64,000 nt of DNA from an uncultured Alphaproteobacteria bacterium (lineage in GTDB: Bacteria; Pseudomonadota; Alphaproteobacteria; Rhizobiales; Methyloligellaceae): positions 378,311 through 442,310 of the forward strand of contig CAWCUW010000002.1 of the NCBI GenBank assembly GCA_963798815.1, read 5' to 3'. Of the stretch, positions 1 through 10,607 are shown piece after piece (position 1 is the stretch's first letter; every line of letters starts with the position of its first letter). Position numbers and translations under genes: made by a program. The notes beneath the pieces were generated by a model that was not told where the DNA came from, did not search any database, and saw nothing but the letters and a program-made list of their open reading frames with translations.

Positions 1-1157
1 TCCATGCCGCCACCATGGTCACGGCCGGCGTGTTCATGGTGGCGCGGCTGTCGCCGCTGTTCGAGCTGGCGCCGATCGCGCTCGGCTTCGTCGCCATTAT
101 TGGCGCCACCACCGCCTTCTTCGCCGCGACCGTCGGCCTGGTGCAGACCGACATCAAACGCGTGGTCGCCTATTCGACCTGCTCGCAGCTCGGCTACATG
201 TTCGCGGCGGAGGGGGTCGGCGCTTACGGCGCCGGCATGTTCCATCTGTTCACCCATGCCTCGTTCAAGGCGCTGCTGTTCCTTGGCGCCGGCGCTGTCA
301 TCCACGCGCTGCATCACGAGCAAGATCTGCGCCGCATGGGGGCGCTGCGCAAAGTGCTGCCCTTCACCTGGGCGATGATGCTGATCGGCACCCTGTCGCT
401 GACCGGTTTCCCGTTTACCGCGGGTTTCGTCTCCAAGGACGCGATCATCGAGGCGACCTATGCCGCCCATTCCTGGGTAGGCAATTACGCCTTCGTGCTT
501 ACGCTAATCGCGGCGGTGCTGACCTCGTTCTATTCCTGGCGGCTGATGTTCCTCGCCTTCGAGGGCAAGCCGCGCGAGCCGAAAGAGGTGCTCGCGCATG
601 CGCATGAGCCGCCTTGGACCATGGGCATCCCCCTCGTCATCCTCGCTCTCGGCGCGCTGCTGCTCGGCGGGCTGTTTGCGCATCTTTTCATCGGCGGCGA
701 CCAGACCGAGTTCTGGCGCGGCTCGCTGGTGACGCATGAAGGCCGCCATCACGAGGTCCCGCTCTGGGTGATGCTGGCGCCGACACTCGCCATGGCGCTC
801 GGACTGGCGACGGCCTGGTACTTCTATATCCGCAATCCGCTGGTGCCTTTCGGCCTCGCCAAGCGCTTCCGCGGCGCCCACCAGTTTTTGCTAAACGCCT
901 GGTACTTCGACGCCCTCTACGACGCTCTGTTCGTGCGTCCGGCACAACGCGTCGGCCGGTTCCTGTGGAAGACCGGCGACGGCACGATCATCGATGGGCT
1001 CGGTCCCGACGGCGTCTCGGCCCGCGTCATCGACATTACCAATCGCGTGGTGAAGCTCCAGTCGGGGTACATCTATCACTATGCATTCGTCATGCTGATC
1101 GGCGTGGCGGCGCTGATCACTTATTTCCTGTTCGCCGGCGGAGGGCTCAAGCCGTGA
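1..1157 (+). CDS. nuoL: NADH-quinone oxidoreductase subunit L, C-terminal part (5' end outside window)
   Basis: The translation is a polytopic membrane protein typical of the NuoL/antiporter family ([29 protein letters not shown]). Its stop overlaps the nuoM start (GTGA at 1154-1157), and nuoM and nuoN follow. Confidence 0.9.
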   Translation, partial: HAATMVTAGVFMVARLSPLFELAPIALGFVAIIGATTAFFAATVGLVQTDIKRVVAYSTCSQLGYMFAAEGVGAYGAGMFHLFTHASFKALLFLGAGAVIHALHHEQDLRRMGALRKVLPFTWAMMLIGTLSLTGFPFTAGFVSKDAIIEATYAAHSWVGNYAFVLTLIAAVLTSFYSWRLMFLAFEGKPREPKEVLAHAHEPPWTMGIPLVILALGALLLGGLFAHLFIGGDQTEFWRGSLVTHEGRHHEVPLWVMLAPTLAMALGLATAWYFYIRNPLVPFGLAKRFRGAHQFLLNAWYFDALYDALFVRPAQRVGRFLWKTGDGTIIDGLGPDGVSARVIDITNRVVKLQSGYIYHYAFVMLIGVAALITYFLFAGGGLKP

Positions 1158-2668
1158 GCTATAGCTGGCCGATCCTCTCCACCGTGACGTTTCTGCCGCT
1201 GCTCGGCGCTCTGCTGATAGCGCTGTTGCGCGGCGACGACGCCAGTTCCTTCCGCAACGCGCGCTTCATCGCGCTGTGGACCACGCTGATCACCTTCGCG
1301 CTCTCGCTCTTGTTGTGGCGCGATTTCGACCCGCTCACCGCCCAATTCCAATTCGTCGAGCTCAGGCCCTGGCTCGGCGCGATCACCTTCCATATGGGGG
1401 TCGACGGCATCTCACTGCCCTTCGTGCTGCTGACGACCTTCCTCATGCCGCTTTGCATCCTTGCGAGCTGGGTCGCCATCTCGGAGCGCGTGAAGGAGTA
1501 TATGATCGCTTTTCTCGTGCTCGAGACGCTGATGCTCGGCGTATTCACCTCGCTCGACCTGGTGATGTTCTATCTGTTTTTCGAGGGCGGGTTGATCCCG
1601 ATGTTCCTGATCATCGGCGTGTGGGGCGGACAGCGCCGCGTCTATGCGAGCTTCAAGTTCTTCCTCTACACGCTCGCCGGCTCGCTGTTGATGCTGCTCG
1701 CCATCATGGCGATTTATTGGGAGGCGGGGACCACCGACATTCCTGTCCTGCTGACCCACGGCTTTCCGCCGGAGATGCAGACTTGGTTGTGGTTCGCCTT
1801 TCTCGCCTCCTTCGCGGTCAAGCTGCCGATGTGGCCGGTGCATACCTGGCTGCCCGACGCCCACGTGGAGGCGCCGACCGCGGGTTCGGTGATCCTCGCG
1901 GGCATTCTCTTGAAGATGGGCGGCTACGGCTTCCTGCGCTTCTCCATCCCGATGTTTCCGCTCGCCTCGGCCGAGTTCGCGCCGCTGATCTTCGCGCTCT
2001 CCGTCGTCGCCATCATCTACACCTCGCTGGTGGCGCTGGCGCAGGAGGACGTGAAGAAGCTGATCGCCTATTCGTCGGTTGCACATATGGGTTTTGTCAC
2101 CATCGGCGTTTTCACCCTCACGATGCAGGGCTTGCAGGGCGGCATCTTCCAGATGCTGTCGCACGGTATTGTCTCGGCGGCGCTCTTCCTCTGCGTCGGC
2201 GTGATCTACGACCGCATGCATACCCGCGAGATCGCCGCCTTCGGCGGCCTCGCCGACCGCATGCCGATCTACGCCTTCTGCTTCATGGTGTTCACGCTCG
2301 CCAATATCGGGCTGCCCGGCACATCCGGCTTCATCGGCGAGTTCCTGAGCCTCACCGGCGCCTTCCGTGTCAACACCTGGGTGGCCTTTCTCGCCACCAC
2401 TGGCGTGATCCTCTCGGCGGCCTACGCGCTCTATCTCTACCGCCGCATCATCTTCGGCAAGCTGGAGAAGGCCAGCCTCAAATTCATCACCGATCTCACT
2501 TGGCGCGAGGTCGCGGTGATGACCCCCCTTGTTATCCTCACTATCCTGTTCGGCTTCTACCCCGCGCCGATCCTCGATGCGACAGCCACCTCTGTCGATG
2601 CGCTGATCAAGAACTACCATTCGAGCCTCGCCGCCGCCGAGCAGGCGCGGCTCGCGCTGATGCCGTAA
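1154..2668 (+). CDS. nuoM: NADH-quinone oxidoreductase subunit M
   Basis: The in-frame GTG at 1154 gives [11 protein letters not shown]. Motifs [19 protein letters not shown] and [11 protein letters not shown] fit NuoM. The upstream part of the 965..2668 ORF is Arg-rich read-through overlapping nuoL. Confidence 0.92.
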   Translation: MSYSWPILSTVTFLPLLGALLIALLRGDDASSFRNARFIALWTTLITFALSLLLWRDFDPLTAQFQFVELRPWLGAITFHMGVDGISLPFVLLTTFLMPLCILASWVAISERVKEYMIAFLVLETLMLGVFTSLDLVMFYLFFEGGLIPMFLIIGVWGGQRRVYASFKFFLYTLAGSLLMLLAIMAIYWEAGTTDIPVLLTHGFPPEMQTWLWFAFLASFAVKLPMWPVHTWLPDAHVEAPTAGSVILAGILLKMGGYGFLRFSIPMFPLASAEFAPLIFALSVVAIIYTSLVALAQEDVKKLIAYSSVAHMGFVTIGVFTLTMQGLQGGIFQMLSHGIVSAALFLCVGVIYDRMHTREIAAFGGLADRMPIYAFCFMVFTLANIGLPGTSGFIGEFLSLTGAFRVNTWVAFLATTGVILSAAYALYLYRRIIFGKLEKASLKFITDLTWREVAVMTPLVILTILFGFYPAPILDATATSVDALIKNYHSSLAAAEQARLALMP

Positions 2669-2680
2669 GGAGCCTCGAGC

Positions 2681-4111
2681 GTGCTCCCATCGCTCAACCT
2701 CGAAGCCGCGCTGCCGGAGCTGATCCTGTCAATCGGCGCCATGGCGCTGCTGATGCTTGGCGTGTTCACGCGGCGCGAGCAGGGCGAGCTCATTCTGTGG
2801 CTCGCGGTTCTCCTCCTCGCCGCGGCCGGCCTTTTCGTGGCGACCTCCTTTGGCACGACGATGCTGTTCGGCGACAGCTTCATCGTCGATCCCTTCGCCC
2901 GGATGTTGAAGCTCCTGACGCTGACCGGCGCGGCGGCGACCCTCATCATGTCGCTCGATTATTGGCGCGAGCGGGGAGGGGTGAAGTTCGAGTTCGCCGT
3001 GCTCGTGCTGCTCGCCACCACCGGCATGATGATGATGATCTCGGCCAACGACCTCATCGCGCTCTATGTCGGATTGGAGCTGCAAAGTCTTTCGCTTTAT
3101 GTGGTCGCCGCCTTCCGTCGCAACTCCCCGCGCTCGGCCGAGGCCGAACTCAAATATTTCGTCCTCGGCGCTTTGTCCTCGGGCATGCTGCTCTACGGCG
3201 CGTCGCTGGTCTACGGCTTCACCGGCTCGACCGAGTTCGCCGTCATCGCCGCGGCGGTGCAGCCCTCAGGCGCCAATCTCGGACTCATCGTCGGCCTCGT
3301 CTTCTTGATGGCCGGGTTCGCCTTCAAGATCTCCGCGGTACCGTTCCATATGTGGACGCCCGATGTCTATGAAGGCGCGCCGACCCCCGTCACGGCCTTC
3401 TTTGCGGCGGCGCCCAAGCTCGCCGCCATGGCGCTGACCGTGCGGGTGTTGATCACCGCCTTCCCCGCGGTGACGCTGCAATGGCAACAGATCGTCGTGT
3501 TTCTTGCCATTGCCTCGATGGCGCTGGGATCGTTCGCGGCGATCGGCCAAACCAATATCAAGCGGCTGATGGCCTATAGCTCGATCGGCCATATGGGCTA
3601 CGCCTTGGTGGGGCTTGCCGCCGGCAGCCCCGAGGGCGTGGCGGGGGTGATCATCTATCTCGCCATCTACCTGGTAATGACGCTCGGTACCTTCGCCTGC
3701 ATCCTGGCCATGCGACGGGGTGGGCGCATGATTGAGGACATCGACGCGCTGGCGGGCCTCTCCCGCACTCAGCCGATGATGGCCTTCCTATTGGCGCTGC
3801 TGCTGTTTTCCCTTGCCGGCATTCCGCCCCTTGCAGGTTTCTTCGCCAAGTTCTACGTGTTCCTAGCCGCCATTCATGCCGGCCTTTATGCGCTCGCCGT
3901 CATCGGCGTGCTTTTGAGCGTCGTGGGCGCCTACTACTATCTTCGCATCGTCAAACTTATGTATTTCGATGCCCCCGCGGAACGCTTCGAACCGATGCAG
4001 GCGCCGCTTGCCGCCGTGGTCGGCGTCAGCGGGGCGTTCACCCTGCTCTATTTCGTCTATCCGGCGCCACTGGTGGTCTTTGCCGGGATTGCAGCAAAGT
4101 CACTGTTTTAA
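2681..4111 (+). CDS. nuoN: NADH-quinone oxidoreductase subunit N
   Basis: A 476-aa polytopic protein ([30 protein letters not shown]) in the last position of the nuo operon. Confidence 0.92.
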   Translation: MLPSLNLEAALPELILSIGAMALLMLGVFTRREQGELILWLAVLLLAAAGLFVATSFGTTMLFGDSFIVDPFARMLKLLTLTGAAATLIMSLDYWRERGGVKFEFAVLVLLATTGMMMMISANDLIALYVGLELQSLSLYVVAAFRRNSPRSAEAELKYFVLGALSSGMLLYGASLVYGFTGSTEFAVIAAAVQPSGANLGLIVGLVFLMAGFAFKISAVPFHMWTPDVYEGAPTPVTAFFAAAPKLAAMALTVRVLITAFPAVTLQWQQIVVFLAIASMALGSFAAIGQTNIKRLMAYSSIGHMGYALVGLAAGSPEGVAGVIIYLAIYLVMTLGTFACILAMRRGGRMIEDIDALAGLSRTQPMMAFLLALLLFSLAGIPPLAGFFAKFYVFLAAIHAGLYALAVIGVLLSVVGAYYYLRIVKLMYFDAPAERFEPMQAPLAAVVGVSGAFTLLYFVYPAPLVVFAGIAAKSLF

Positions 4112-4891
4112 ATGACATATTTTTCATCGCCATCGCCCAAAATGCCGAGCGGCTACCGGCTGCTTCGGTTGGAGACGGTGGATTCGACCAATGCCGAGGC
4201 GCGGCGCCGCGCCAAGGCCGGCGAGCCCGGCCCGCTCTGGATCTGCTCCGCCCGGCAATCGCAAGGGCGCGGCCGCGGCGGCCGCGAATGGGTCTCCATG
4301 CACGGCAATTTATTTGCAAGCCTGCTCGTGAGGGTCAATTGCCCCATCCGCGTCGCGGGGCAGCTTGCGCTGGTCGCCGGCATCGCCGCTTACGACGCCG
4401 TTGCCAAGCTGATCGCCTATGAGGGCCGATCGGAGCTGCTGCTGAAATGGCCGAACGACATCCTGCTCGCGGGCGAGAAGCTTGCCGGCATGCTGCTCGA
4501 GAATATCGGCACCACCGCCGAGAACCGCTCAGTGGTGGTGATCGGCACTGGGATCAATCTCGCCAATCACCCTGAGGAGCTGCCGCAGCCGGCCGTGAGC
4601 CTCGCCGCTTACGGCATGACGATCACGCCCGCCGAGGCACTTGAAGCGCTGGCAGCCAGCACGCATGAGTGGCTCACTCGCTGGGGCGACGGCAGCTCCT
4701 TCCCAAGCATCCGCCGCGCCTGGCTCGACCGCGCCGGTCCCACCGGACGCCCCTTGCGGGTGAAGATCAATGGCGAGGAGACCGACGGCGTTTATGGCGG
4801 TCTCGACGCCGACGGCGCGCTCAGGCTGCTGACCGCAGACGGCTCCGAATACCGGATCGCCGCCGGCGATGTCTTCTTCCTGAGCCGGTGA
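4112..4891 (+). CDS. birA: biotin--[acetyl-CoA-carboxylase] ligase
   Basis: A 259-aa protein with QGRGRGGREW and KWPNDILLAGEKLAGMLLE, the BirA catalytic-domain signatures. It starts directly after the nuoN stop. Confidence 0.85.
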   Translation: MTYFSSPSPKMPSGYRLLRLETVDSTNAEARRRAKAGEPGPLWICSARQSQGRGRGGREWVSMHGNLFASLLVRVNCPIRVAGQLALVAGIAAYDAVAKLIAYEGRSELLLKWPNDILLAGEKLAGMLLENIGTTAENRSVVVIGTGINLANHPEELPQPAVSLAAYGMTITPAEALEALAASTHEWLTRWGDGSSFPSIRRAWLDRAGPTGRPLRVKINGEETDGVYGGLDADGALRLLTADGSEYRIAAGDVFFLSR

Positions 4892-4908
4892 GGCGCTGAA
4901 ACCCAAAC

Positions 4909-6594
4909 ATGTCTAAAAGATCCAATGGAAAGGGAGCCGATTTCGTCTTCCTGCCGCTCGGCGGCGTGGGCGAGATCGGCATGAACCTGTATCTCTACGG
5001 CTACGGGCGCGATGGCGCACGCGAATGGCTCATCGTCGATATGGGAATCACCTTCGGCAGCGAGACCGAGCCGGGCATCGATGTGATCCTCCCCGACATC
5101 CGCTTCATCGTGGAGGAGCGGCACAATATCGTCGGCCTCCTGCTCACCCACGCGCACGAGGATCATTTCGGCGCCGTGATGGATCTATGGCCGCAGCTCG
5201 CCGGCATCCCGGTCTACGCCACGCCCTTCACCGCCGAGATGCTCAAGTCGAAGCTTGCCGAGACGGGGCTGGTCAACGGCTTTCCGCTCGAGATCATTCC
5301 GCTCGGCCACCGGCGCACGATCGGACCATTCGATGTCGAGCTGATCACCATGTCGCACTCGATCCCCGAGCCATCGGCGGTGGTGATCCGCACGCCGCTT
5401 GGCGCGGCGCTGCATACCGGCGATTGGAAGCTCGACGAGAACCCGCTCACCAGCGCTCCCACCGACGAGGCACGGCTCAAGGCGCTCGGCACCGACGGGC
5501 TCTCGGCGCTGATTTGCGACTCGACCAATGCCGTGCGCGACGGCATCTCCGCCTCGGAAGCCGACGTCGCCGTGGCCCTCGCGCGCTTGATCCGCGAGGC
5601 GCCGCGGCGTGTTGCCGTCACCACCTTTGCCTCGAATGTCGCGCGCATCCGCTCGGTGGCGAATGCCGCGCGCGCGGCAGGGCGCGAGCTTGTCGTGGTC
5701 GGCCGCGCCATGTTCCGAGTCATCGAGGCCGCCCAGGCCACCGGCTATCTCGACCCCGATCTCTCCTTCCATGAGGAGACAGTCTTCTCCAAGCTGCCGC
5801 CCCACAAGGTGCTGGCGCTGTGCACCGGCAGCCAAGGCGAGACGCGGGCCGCCATGGCGCGTATCGCCCAGAACGAGCACCCCAATGTGAAACTCGCCGA
5901 GGGCGACCGGGTGATCTTTTCCTCGCGCACCATTCCAGGCAACGAGAAGGCCGTGGGCCGCGTGCAGAACGCGCTGGCCGACATGGAAGTTGAAGTCATC
6001 ACCGACCAGGACGCGGCCGTGCACGTGTCCGGCCATCCGCGCCGCGGCGAGCTCGAACAGCTTTACGGTTGGGTCAAGCCGGACACGGCCATTCCGATGC
6101 ACGGCGAGGGGCGTCACCTCGAAGCCCATGCCAAGCTTGCCGAGAAGCTCGGGGTGCGGCAGGTGGTGCGGGCGCGGAACGGCACCATGGTCCGGCTCCT
6201 CCCCGGTCCGGCCGAGATCATCGACGAAGTACCGGTCGGGCGGCTTTACCGCGACGGCGCGATCGTTACCCCCGCCGACGAGGGGCAGGTGCGGGAACGC
6301 CGCAAGCTGAGCTTCGCCGGCTCGGTGGCGGTGTCGCTGGTGCTCTCCGACAAGGGTGTGTTGCTTGCCGACCCGGAGGTCGCCGTGACAGGATTGCCGG
6401 CCACCGACAAGGAAGGAACGCCGTTTTCGGAGATCGCCCGCGACGCCGTGATCGGCACCATCGAGAGCCTGCCCAAGCCGAAGCGCAAGGATCAGGCCTT
6501 GGTCAGCGAGGCGGTCCGTCGCAGCGTCCGTGCCGCCGTCAACCAGGCGTGGGGCAAGAAGCCCATGTGCTCAGTGCTGCTGACGGTGCTATAG
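4909..6594 (+). CDS. rnj: ribonuclease J (metallo-beta-lactamase / beta-CASP family)
   Basis: A 561-aa protein with the HAHEDHFG metallo-beta-lactamase motif, beta-CASP-like middle region and HVSGHPRRGEL motif. Confidence 0.87.
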   Translation: MSKRSNGKGADFVFLPLGGVGEIGMNLYLYGYGRDGAREWLIVDMGITFGSETEPGIDVILPDIRFIVEERHNIVGLLLTHAHEDHFGAVMDLWPQLAGIPVYATPFTAEMLKSKLAETGLVNGFPLEIIPLGHRRTIGPFDVELITMSHSIPEPSAVVIRTPLGAALHTGDWKLDENPLTSAPTDEARLKALGTDGLSALICDSTNAVRDGISASEADVAVALARLIREAPRRVAVTTFASNVARIRSVANAARAAGRELVVVGRAMFRVIEAAQATGYLDPDLSFHEETVFSKLPPHKVLALCTGSQGETRAAMARIAQNEHPNVKLAEGDRVIFSSRTIPGNEKAVGRVQNALADMEVEVITDQDAAVHVSGHPRRGELEQLYGWVKPDTAIPMHGEGRHLEAHAKLAEKLGVRQVVRARNGTMVRLLPGPAEIIDEVPVGRLYRDGAIVTPADEGQVRERRKLSFAGSVAVSLVLSDKGVLLADPEVAVTGLPATDKEGTPFSEIARDAVIGTIESLPKPKRKDQALVSEAVRRSVRAAVNQAWGKKPMCSVLLTVL

Positions 6595-6617
6595 CGCTTA
6601 GGAAACTGGAGTCGTCG

Positions 6618-7022
6618 ATGATCGGGCGTTTGAATCATGTTGCCATTGCCGTGCCGGACCTCAAGGCGGCGACGACGGTCTACCGCAACACGCTGGGGGC
6701 CAAGGTCTCCGATGAGGTCGATCAGCCCGAGCATGGCGTGACCACGGTCTTCATCGAGCTGCCCAATACCAAGATCGAGCTGCTCGGCATGCTCGGCGAC
6801 AAGTCACCGATTGCCGCCTTCCTCGAACGCAACCCCAATGGCGGCATCCACCATCTCTGCTACGAGGTGCCCGACATCAGAGAAGCGCGCGACCGGCTCG
6901 TGGCGCAAGGCGCGCGGGTGCTCGGCCAAGGCGAACCGAAGATCGGCGCCCACGGCAAACCGGTGCTGTTCCTTCACCCGAGGGATTTCTGCGGCACCCT
7001 GGTCGAGCTCGAGGAGGCTTAG
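6618..7022 (+). CDS. mce: methylmalonyl-CoA epimerase (VOC/glyoxalase family)
   Basis: The ATG at 6618 gives MIGRLNHVAIAVPDL...GGIHHLCYEV...LFLHPRDFCGTLVELEE, a VOC fold typical of Mce. The upstream part of ORF 6069..7022 is an Arg/Gly-rich overlap of rnj. Confidence 0.8.
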   Translation: MIGRLNHVAIAVPDLKAATTVYRNTLGAKVSDEVDQPEHGVTTVFIELPNTKIELLGMLGDKSPIAAFLERNPNGGIHHLCYEVPDIREARDRLVAQGARVLGQGEPKIGAHGKPVLFLHPRDFCGTLVELEEA

Positions 7023-7025
7023 GCC

Positions 7026-7304
7026 ATGACACTCGCCTTCGGCGTCGCCATCTATTTCATCATCTGGTGGACCGTGCTGTTCGCCATGCTGCCGATCGGC
7101 GTGCGCACCTCGGAGGAGGCCGGCGAGAAGACCACGCCGGGCAACGCCGAAAGCGCACCGCATATGCCGAATCTCTTGCCGAAGATGGTGGCCACGACGG
7201 TGGTTTCCAGCATCATCTTCATCGCGCTCTACGTGATCATCGTGCATCGCGTGATCACGCTCGATCAGATCCCGTTCTTCCCGCGCTATGATCCCGTGCA
7301 GTAG
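7026..7304 (+). CDS. DUF1467 family small membrane protein
   Basis: A 92-aa protein with two TM segments (AIYFIIWWTVLFAMLPIGVR). I recall this family downstream of nuo/birA/rnj/mce in alphaproteobacteria. Confidence 0.7.
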   Translation: MTLAFGVAIYFIIWWTVLFAMLPIGVRTSEEAGEKTTPGNAESAPHMPNLLPKMVATTVVSSIIFIALYVIIVHRVITLDQIPFFPRYDPVQ

Positions 7305-7344
7305 GCGACCTGCCGCGCGCGAGCGGCAGCGCCGGGCACAAAAA

Positions 7345-7369
7345 AAGCAAGGCCGAGACGACCTTGCTT
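7345..7369. terminator. hairpin flanked by an A-run and T-rich tail (bidirectional intrinsic terminator candidate)
   Basis: The sequence aaaaaaaGCAAGGccgagacgaCCTTGCttc forms a stem of 6-8 bp. The run of 7 T lies on the minus-strand reading; the plus-strand tail is weak (ttcagt). Confidence 0.45.
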
Positions 7370-7496
7370 CAGTAACACGAACTCCTTTATCTCCTCCGCC
7401 CGCGAGGCTCGCCTGTCGGTTTTTCGACTCTCGAGATTGCTGGCTGAAGAGCGGCAGCGCGTATTAGGCGCGCCCGGAGTTACTTCCTCCCAAGAC

Positions 7497-7511
7497 TTGG
7501 ACCTGGTCCAA
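7497..7511. promoter_or_regulatory. perfect 7-1-7 inverted repeat TTGGACC-T-GGTCCAA (possible operator)
   Basis: Read directly from the sequence in the long proS upstream region. The binding protein is unknown. Confidence 0.25.
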
Positions 7512-7961
7512 TCTCAACGCGTCACACCGAGATCGCTACCGGTCCCGAACGCTCCCACGTTGTGCGGGCACCCTAGCGCGACGGTGCCAAATTGTCACCA
7601 TGATTGTGGCCGGCTGCCGCAGATTTATACTCGACGGGCGGACTTGACAAAGGGGCTTTGCTTTAAGCACGGCAAAACACGGGATTTTTGCAGAGTCGCC
7701 GAGCGACGGTCCGTGCCTGCAAAATAGGCACTCATCGACAGTCGAAACGGGTTTCCAGCGCGTCGCGGCTACCCCATCGGTAGGGCTTTTTGCGGATGGT
7801 ACGGAAGCGGAGCCAATGCTTTCCCAGCATTGCTTACCCTCGCGAAAGTAAGCTATTAGCCGCCAGGGGCCGCGGGGGAGGTCAGGTCCCTCCCTTATGC
7901 ATGGCTCCTTTCCTATAGGGCGGCGCGCCCCGCATCCGCCCCAACGCCGAAGAAGCCACCC

Positions 7962-9311
7962 ATGCGTCTTAGCCGCTATTTCCTGCCGCTCCTCCGCGAC
8001 GATCCCAAGGAAGCCGAGATTGTCTCGCATCGGCTGATGCTGCGCGCCGGAATGATTCGCCAGTCCAGCGCCGGCATCTATTCGTGGCTGCCGCTCGGCT
8101 TCCAGGTCCTGCGCAAGATCGAGCAGATCGTGCGCGAAGAGCAGGATCGCGCCGGCGCGCTCGAGCTGTTGATGCCCACGATCCAGCCGGCCGAGATTTG
8201 GAAAGAGAGCGGCCGCTACGAGGTCTACGGCAAGGAGATGCTGCGCATCTCGGATCGCCACGAGCGGGAGATGCTTTACGGTCCGACCAACGAGGAGCTG
8301 ATCACCGCGATCTTCCGTGACGCGGTGAAATCCTACAAGGAGCTGCCGCGCATCCTTTATCACATCCAGTGGAAGTTCCGCGACGAGATCCGCCCGCGCT
8401 TCGGCGTCATGCGCGGCCGCGAGTTTTTGATGAAGGACTCCTATTCTTTCGACCTCACCGTCGAGGACTCGCGCAAATCCTACAACAAGATGTTCGTCGC
8501 CTATCTGCGCACCTTTGCCCGCATGGGACTGAAGTCGGTGCCGATGGTGGCCGAGACGGGCCCGATCGGCGGCAATCTCAGCCACGAGTTCATCATCTTG
8601 GCGGACACCGGCGAGAGCGAGGTCTATTGCCACCGCGATCTCGTCGCGCTCGACCCTCCCGGCGCGCATATCGACTATCAGGGCGACCTCACGCCGGTGG
8701 TCGATGCCTTCACCGGCAAATACGCCGCGACCTCGGAGAAGCACGACGCAGAGCGCTTCGAGCGCGAGGTGCCGGCAAAGGACCGTCTCACCGCGCGCGG
8801 CATCGAAGTCGGCCATATCTTCTTCTTCGGCACGAAATACTCCGAAAGCATGGGCTGCAAGGTCCAAGGGCCGGGCGGCGACCTCGTTACGGTGCAGATG
8901 GGCTCTTACGGCATCGGCGTGTCGCGCCTGGTCGGCGCAATCATCGAGGCCTCCCACGATGATGCCGGCATCATCTGGCCGCAATCGGTGGCTCCTTTCG
9001 ACGCAGGGCTGATCAACGTTAAAGTCGGCGATGCGGCCACCGACGCGGCCTGTGAGGACATCTACGCCAAGCTGCAAAAAGCGGGCATAAGCGTGCTTTA
9101 TGACGACCGCGACGACCGGGCAGGGGCCAAATTCGCCGCCATGGACCTGATTGGGCTGCCCTGGCAAATCATCGTCGGGCCCAAGGGCTTGGCCTCGGGC
9201 GAGGTGGAGTTGAAGGAGCGCGCGACCGGCGCCCGCCATAGTCTTACCTTCGAATCCGCCTTGAATCGCCTGATCCAGTCGGCGACCGAGGCGAGAAGGG
9301 AAGTGGCATGA
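7962..9311 (+). CDS. proS: proline--tRNA ligase (short form without the large editing insertion)
   Basis: A 449-aa protein starting [34 protein letters not shown], with class II aaRS motifs ([26 protein letters not shown]). Confidence 0.93.
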   Translation: MRLSRYFLPLLRDDPKEAEIVSHRLMLRAGMIRQSSAGIYSWLPLGFQVLRKIEQIVREEQDRAGALELLMPTIQPAEIWKESGRYEVYGKEMLRISDRHEREMLYGPTNEELITAIFRDAVKSYKELPRILYHIQWKFRDEIRPRFGVMRGREFLMKDSYSFDLTVEDSRKSYNKMFVAYLRTFARMGLKSVPMVAETGPIGGNLSHEFIILADTGESEVYCHRDLVALDPPGAHIDYQGDLTPVVDAFTGKYAATSEKHDAERFEREVPAKDRLTARGIEVGHIFFFGTKYSESMGCKVQGPGGDLVTVQMGSYGIGVSRLVGAIIEASHDDAGIIWPQSVAPFDAGLINVKVGDAATDAACEDIYAKLQKAGISVLYDDRDDRAGAKFAAMDLIGLPWQIIVGPKGLASGEVELKERATGARHSLTFESALNRLIQSATEARREVA

Positions 9312-10573
9312 GCGCAGAGACGAGCACGCGGGCGTTCGCGCCCTTCGAATGGTTGGTGGCCCTTCGCTATCTGCGTGCGCGGCGGAAAGAGGGCTTCATC
9401 TCCGTCATCGCCGGGTTCTCTTTCATCGGCATCACGCTCGGCGTCGCCACGCTGATCATCGTCATGGCGGTGATGAACGGATTCCGCCAGGAGCTGTTCA
9501 ACAAGATGCTCGGCCTCAACGGCCATGTGGTGGTGCACAGCCTCACCAATTTCAACGACTACGACGACGTGGCGGGTCGGATCCGCGCGGTGCAGGGCGT
9601 CAAGTCGGCGCTGCCGTTGGTCGAGGGTCAAGTCATGATCTCGACGCCCTCCACCTCGAGCGGGGCGCTGGTGCGGGGCTTGCGCGAAAACGACCTGAAG
9701 CAGCTGAAAGCGATCTCCGGCAACATCAAGTTCGGCACACTCGACGGCTTCGATACATCGCCGGGGCTCGCGCTCGGCAGCCGGCTTGCCAACGAGCTCA
9801 ATGTGCAAGTCGGCGATCAGGTCTCGCTGCTCACGCCGCGCGGCGCGTCGACCGCGCTCGGCACGGCGCCCAGGACCAAGCGCTATCCGGTGGCGGCGAT
9901 CTTCGAGATCGGCATGTCGGAATACGATTCGAGCATCATCTTCATGCCGCTCAACGAGGCCCAGCTTTATTTCAACCAGCCCAATAGCGTCACGGTACTA
10001 GAAGTCGTTCTCGACTCGCCCGACGAGGTGGGTGTGCTCGCGCCCAAGATCGTCACCGCGGGTGGCTCGAGCATCTATGTCAGCGACTGGCGTCAGCGCA
10101 ACGCCACCTTCTTCACCGCGCTCCAGGTCGAGCGCAACGTGATGTTCCTTATTCTCGCGCTGATCGTCCTGGTCGCCGCGCTCAACATCATCTCCGGTCT
10201 GATCATGCTGGTGAAGGACAAAGGCCACGACATAGCCATCCTGCGCACCATGGGCGCCTCGCGCGGCGCCATCATGCGCATCTTCTTCATCACCGGCGCG
10301 AGCATCGGCATCGTCGGGACCCTGGCCGGCCTCGTGCTCGGCGTTCTCGTCTGCGCCAATATCGAGCGCTTGCGCGAAGTGATTGGCTGGCTGACCGACA
10401 CCGAGCTGTTCGCGCCCGAGCTGTATTACCTCACACAGCTGCCGGCCGAGATGGACAGGGGCGAGACCACCTCCGTCGTGATCATGGCGCTTGTCCTCTC
10501 GATCCTTGCCACGCTCTATCCCTCCTGGAGAGCCTCTCGGCTCGATCCGGTCGAAGCGCTGCGTTACGAATAG
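9308..10573 (+). CDS. lolE: lipoprotein-releasing ABC transporter permease (LolC/E family)
   Basis: A 421-aa protein with FtsX-like/MacB-type topology and C-terminal [16 protein letters not shown]. It overlaps the proS stop (ATGA). Confidence 0.87.
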   Translation: MSAETSTRAFAPFEWLVALRYLRARRKEGFISVIAGFSFIGITLGVATLIIVMAVMNGFRQELFNKMLGLNGHVVVHSLTNFNDYDDVAGRIRAVQGVKSALPLVEGQVMISTPSTSSGALVRGLRENDLKQLKAISGNIKFGTLDGFDTSPGLALGSRLANELNVQVGDQVSLLTPRGASTALGTAPRTKRYPVAAIFEIGMSEYDSSIIFMPLNEAQLYFNQPNSVTVLEVVLDSPDEVGVLAPKIVTAGGSSIYVSDWRQRNATFFTALQVERNVMFLILALIVLVAALNIISGLIMLVKDKGHDIAILRTMGASRGAIMRIFFITGASIGIVGTLAGLVLGVLVCANIERLREVIGWLTDTELFAPELYYLTQLPAEMDRGETTSVVIMALVLSILATLYPSWRASRLDPVEALRYE

Positions 10574-10607
10574 GCCAACGGTGGACACCCCTAACAAACC
10601 CGCACCG

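Noticed and set aside
7468-7491. The minus-strand string GGGAGGAAGUAACUCCGGGCGCGCC, which resembles the RNase P RNA GAGGAAAGUCCGGGC motif.
   Set aside because: The match is interrupted by an insertion, and none of the other universally conserved RNase P regions are visible nearby.
7437-7727. A 96-aa plus-strand ORF in the proS upstream gap.
   Set aside because: It has a TTG start with no Shine-Dalgarno sequence, a composition unlike neighbouring genes, and no recognisable motif. The region is better treated as non-coding or structured RNA.
7876-7894. A GGUCAGGUCC-containing hairpin reminiscent of the SRP (4.5S) RNA domain IV.
   Set aside because: Only about 10 nt resemble the conserved SRP motif, and the rest of the conserved GGAAGGAAGCAGCC context is absent. 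It is more likely a leader hairpin about 55 nt upstream of proS.
7536-9239. A 567-aa minus-strand ORF. Similar long ORFs are 15023..17089(-), 36360..38042(+), 39102..40835(+), 60165..61763(-), 1276..3372(+) and 46794..47963(-).
   Set aside because: All lie antisense to, or out of frame with, strongly conserved genes (proS, rpsB/tsf, trpC/trpD, trpE, lpdA, nuoM/N, EEP/kdsA). Their composition is Arg/Gly/Ala/Pro-rich and low-complexity, as expected for open non-coding frames in high-GC DNA. I recognised no domains.
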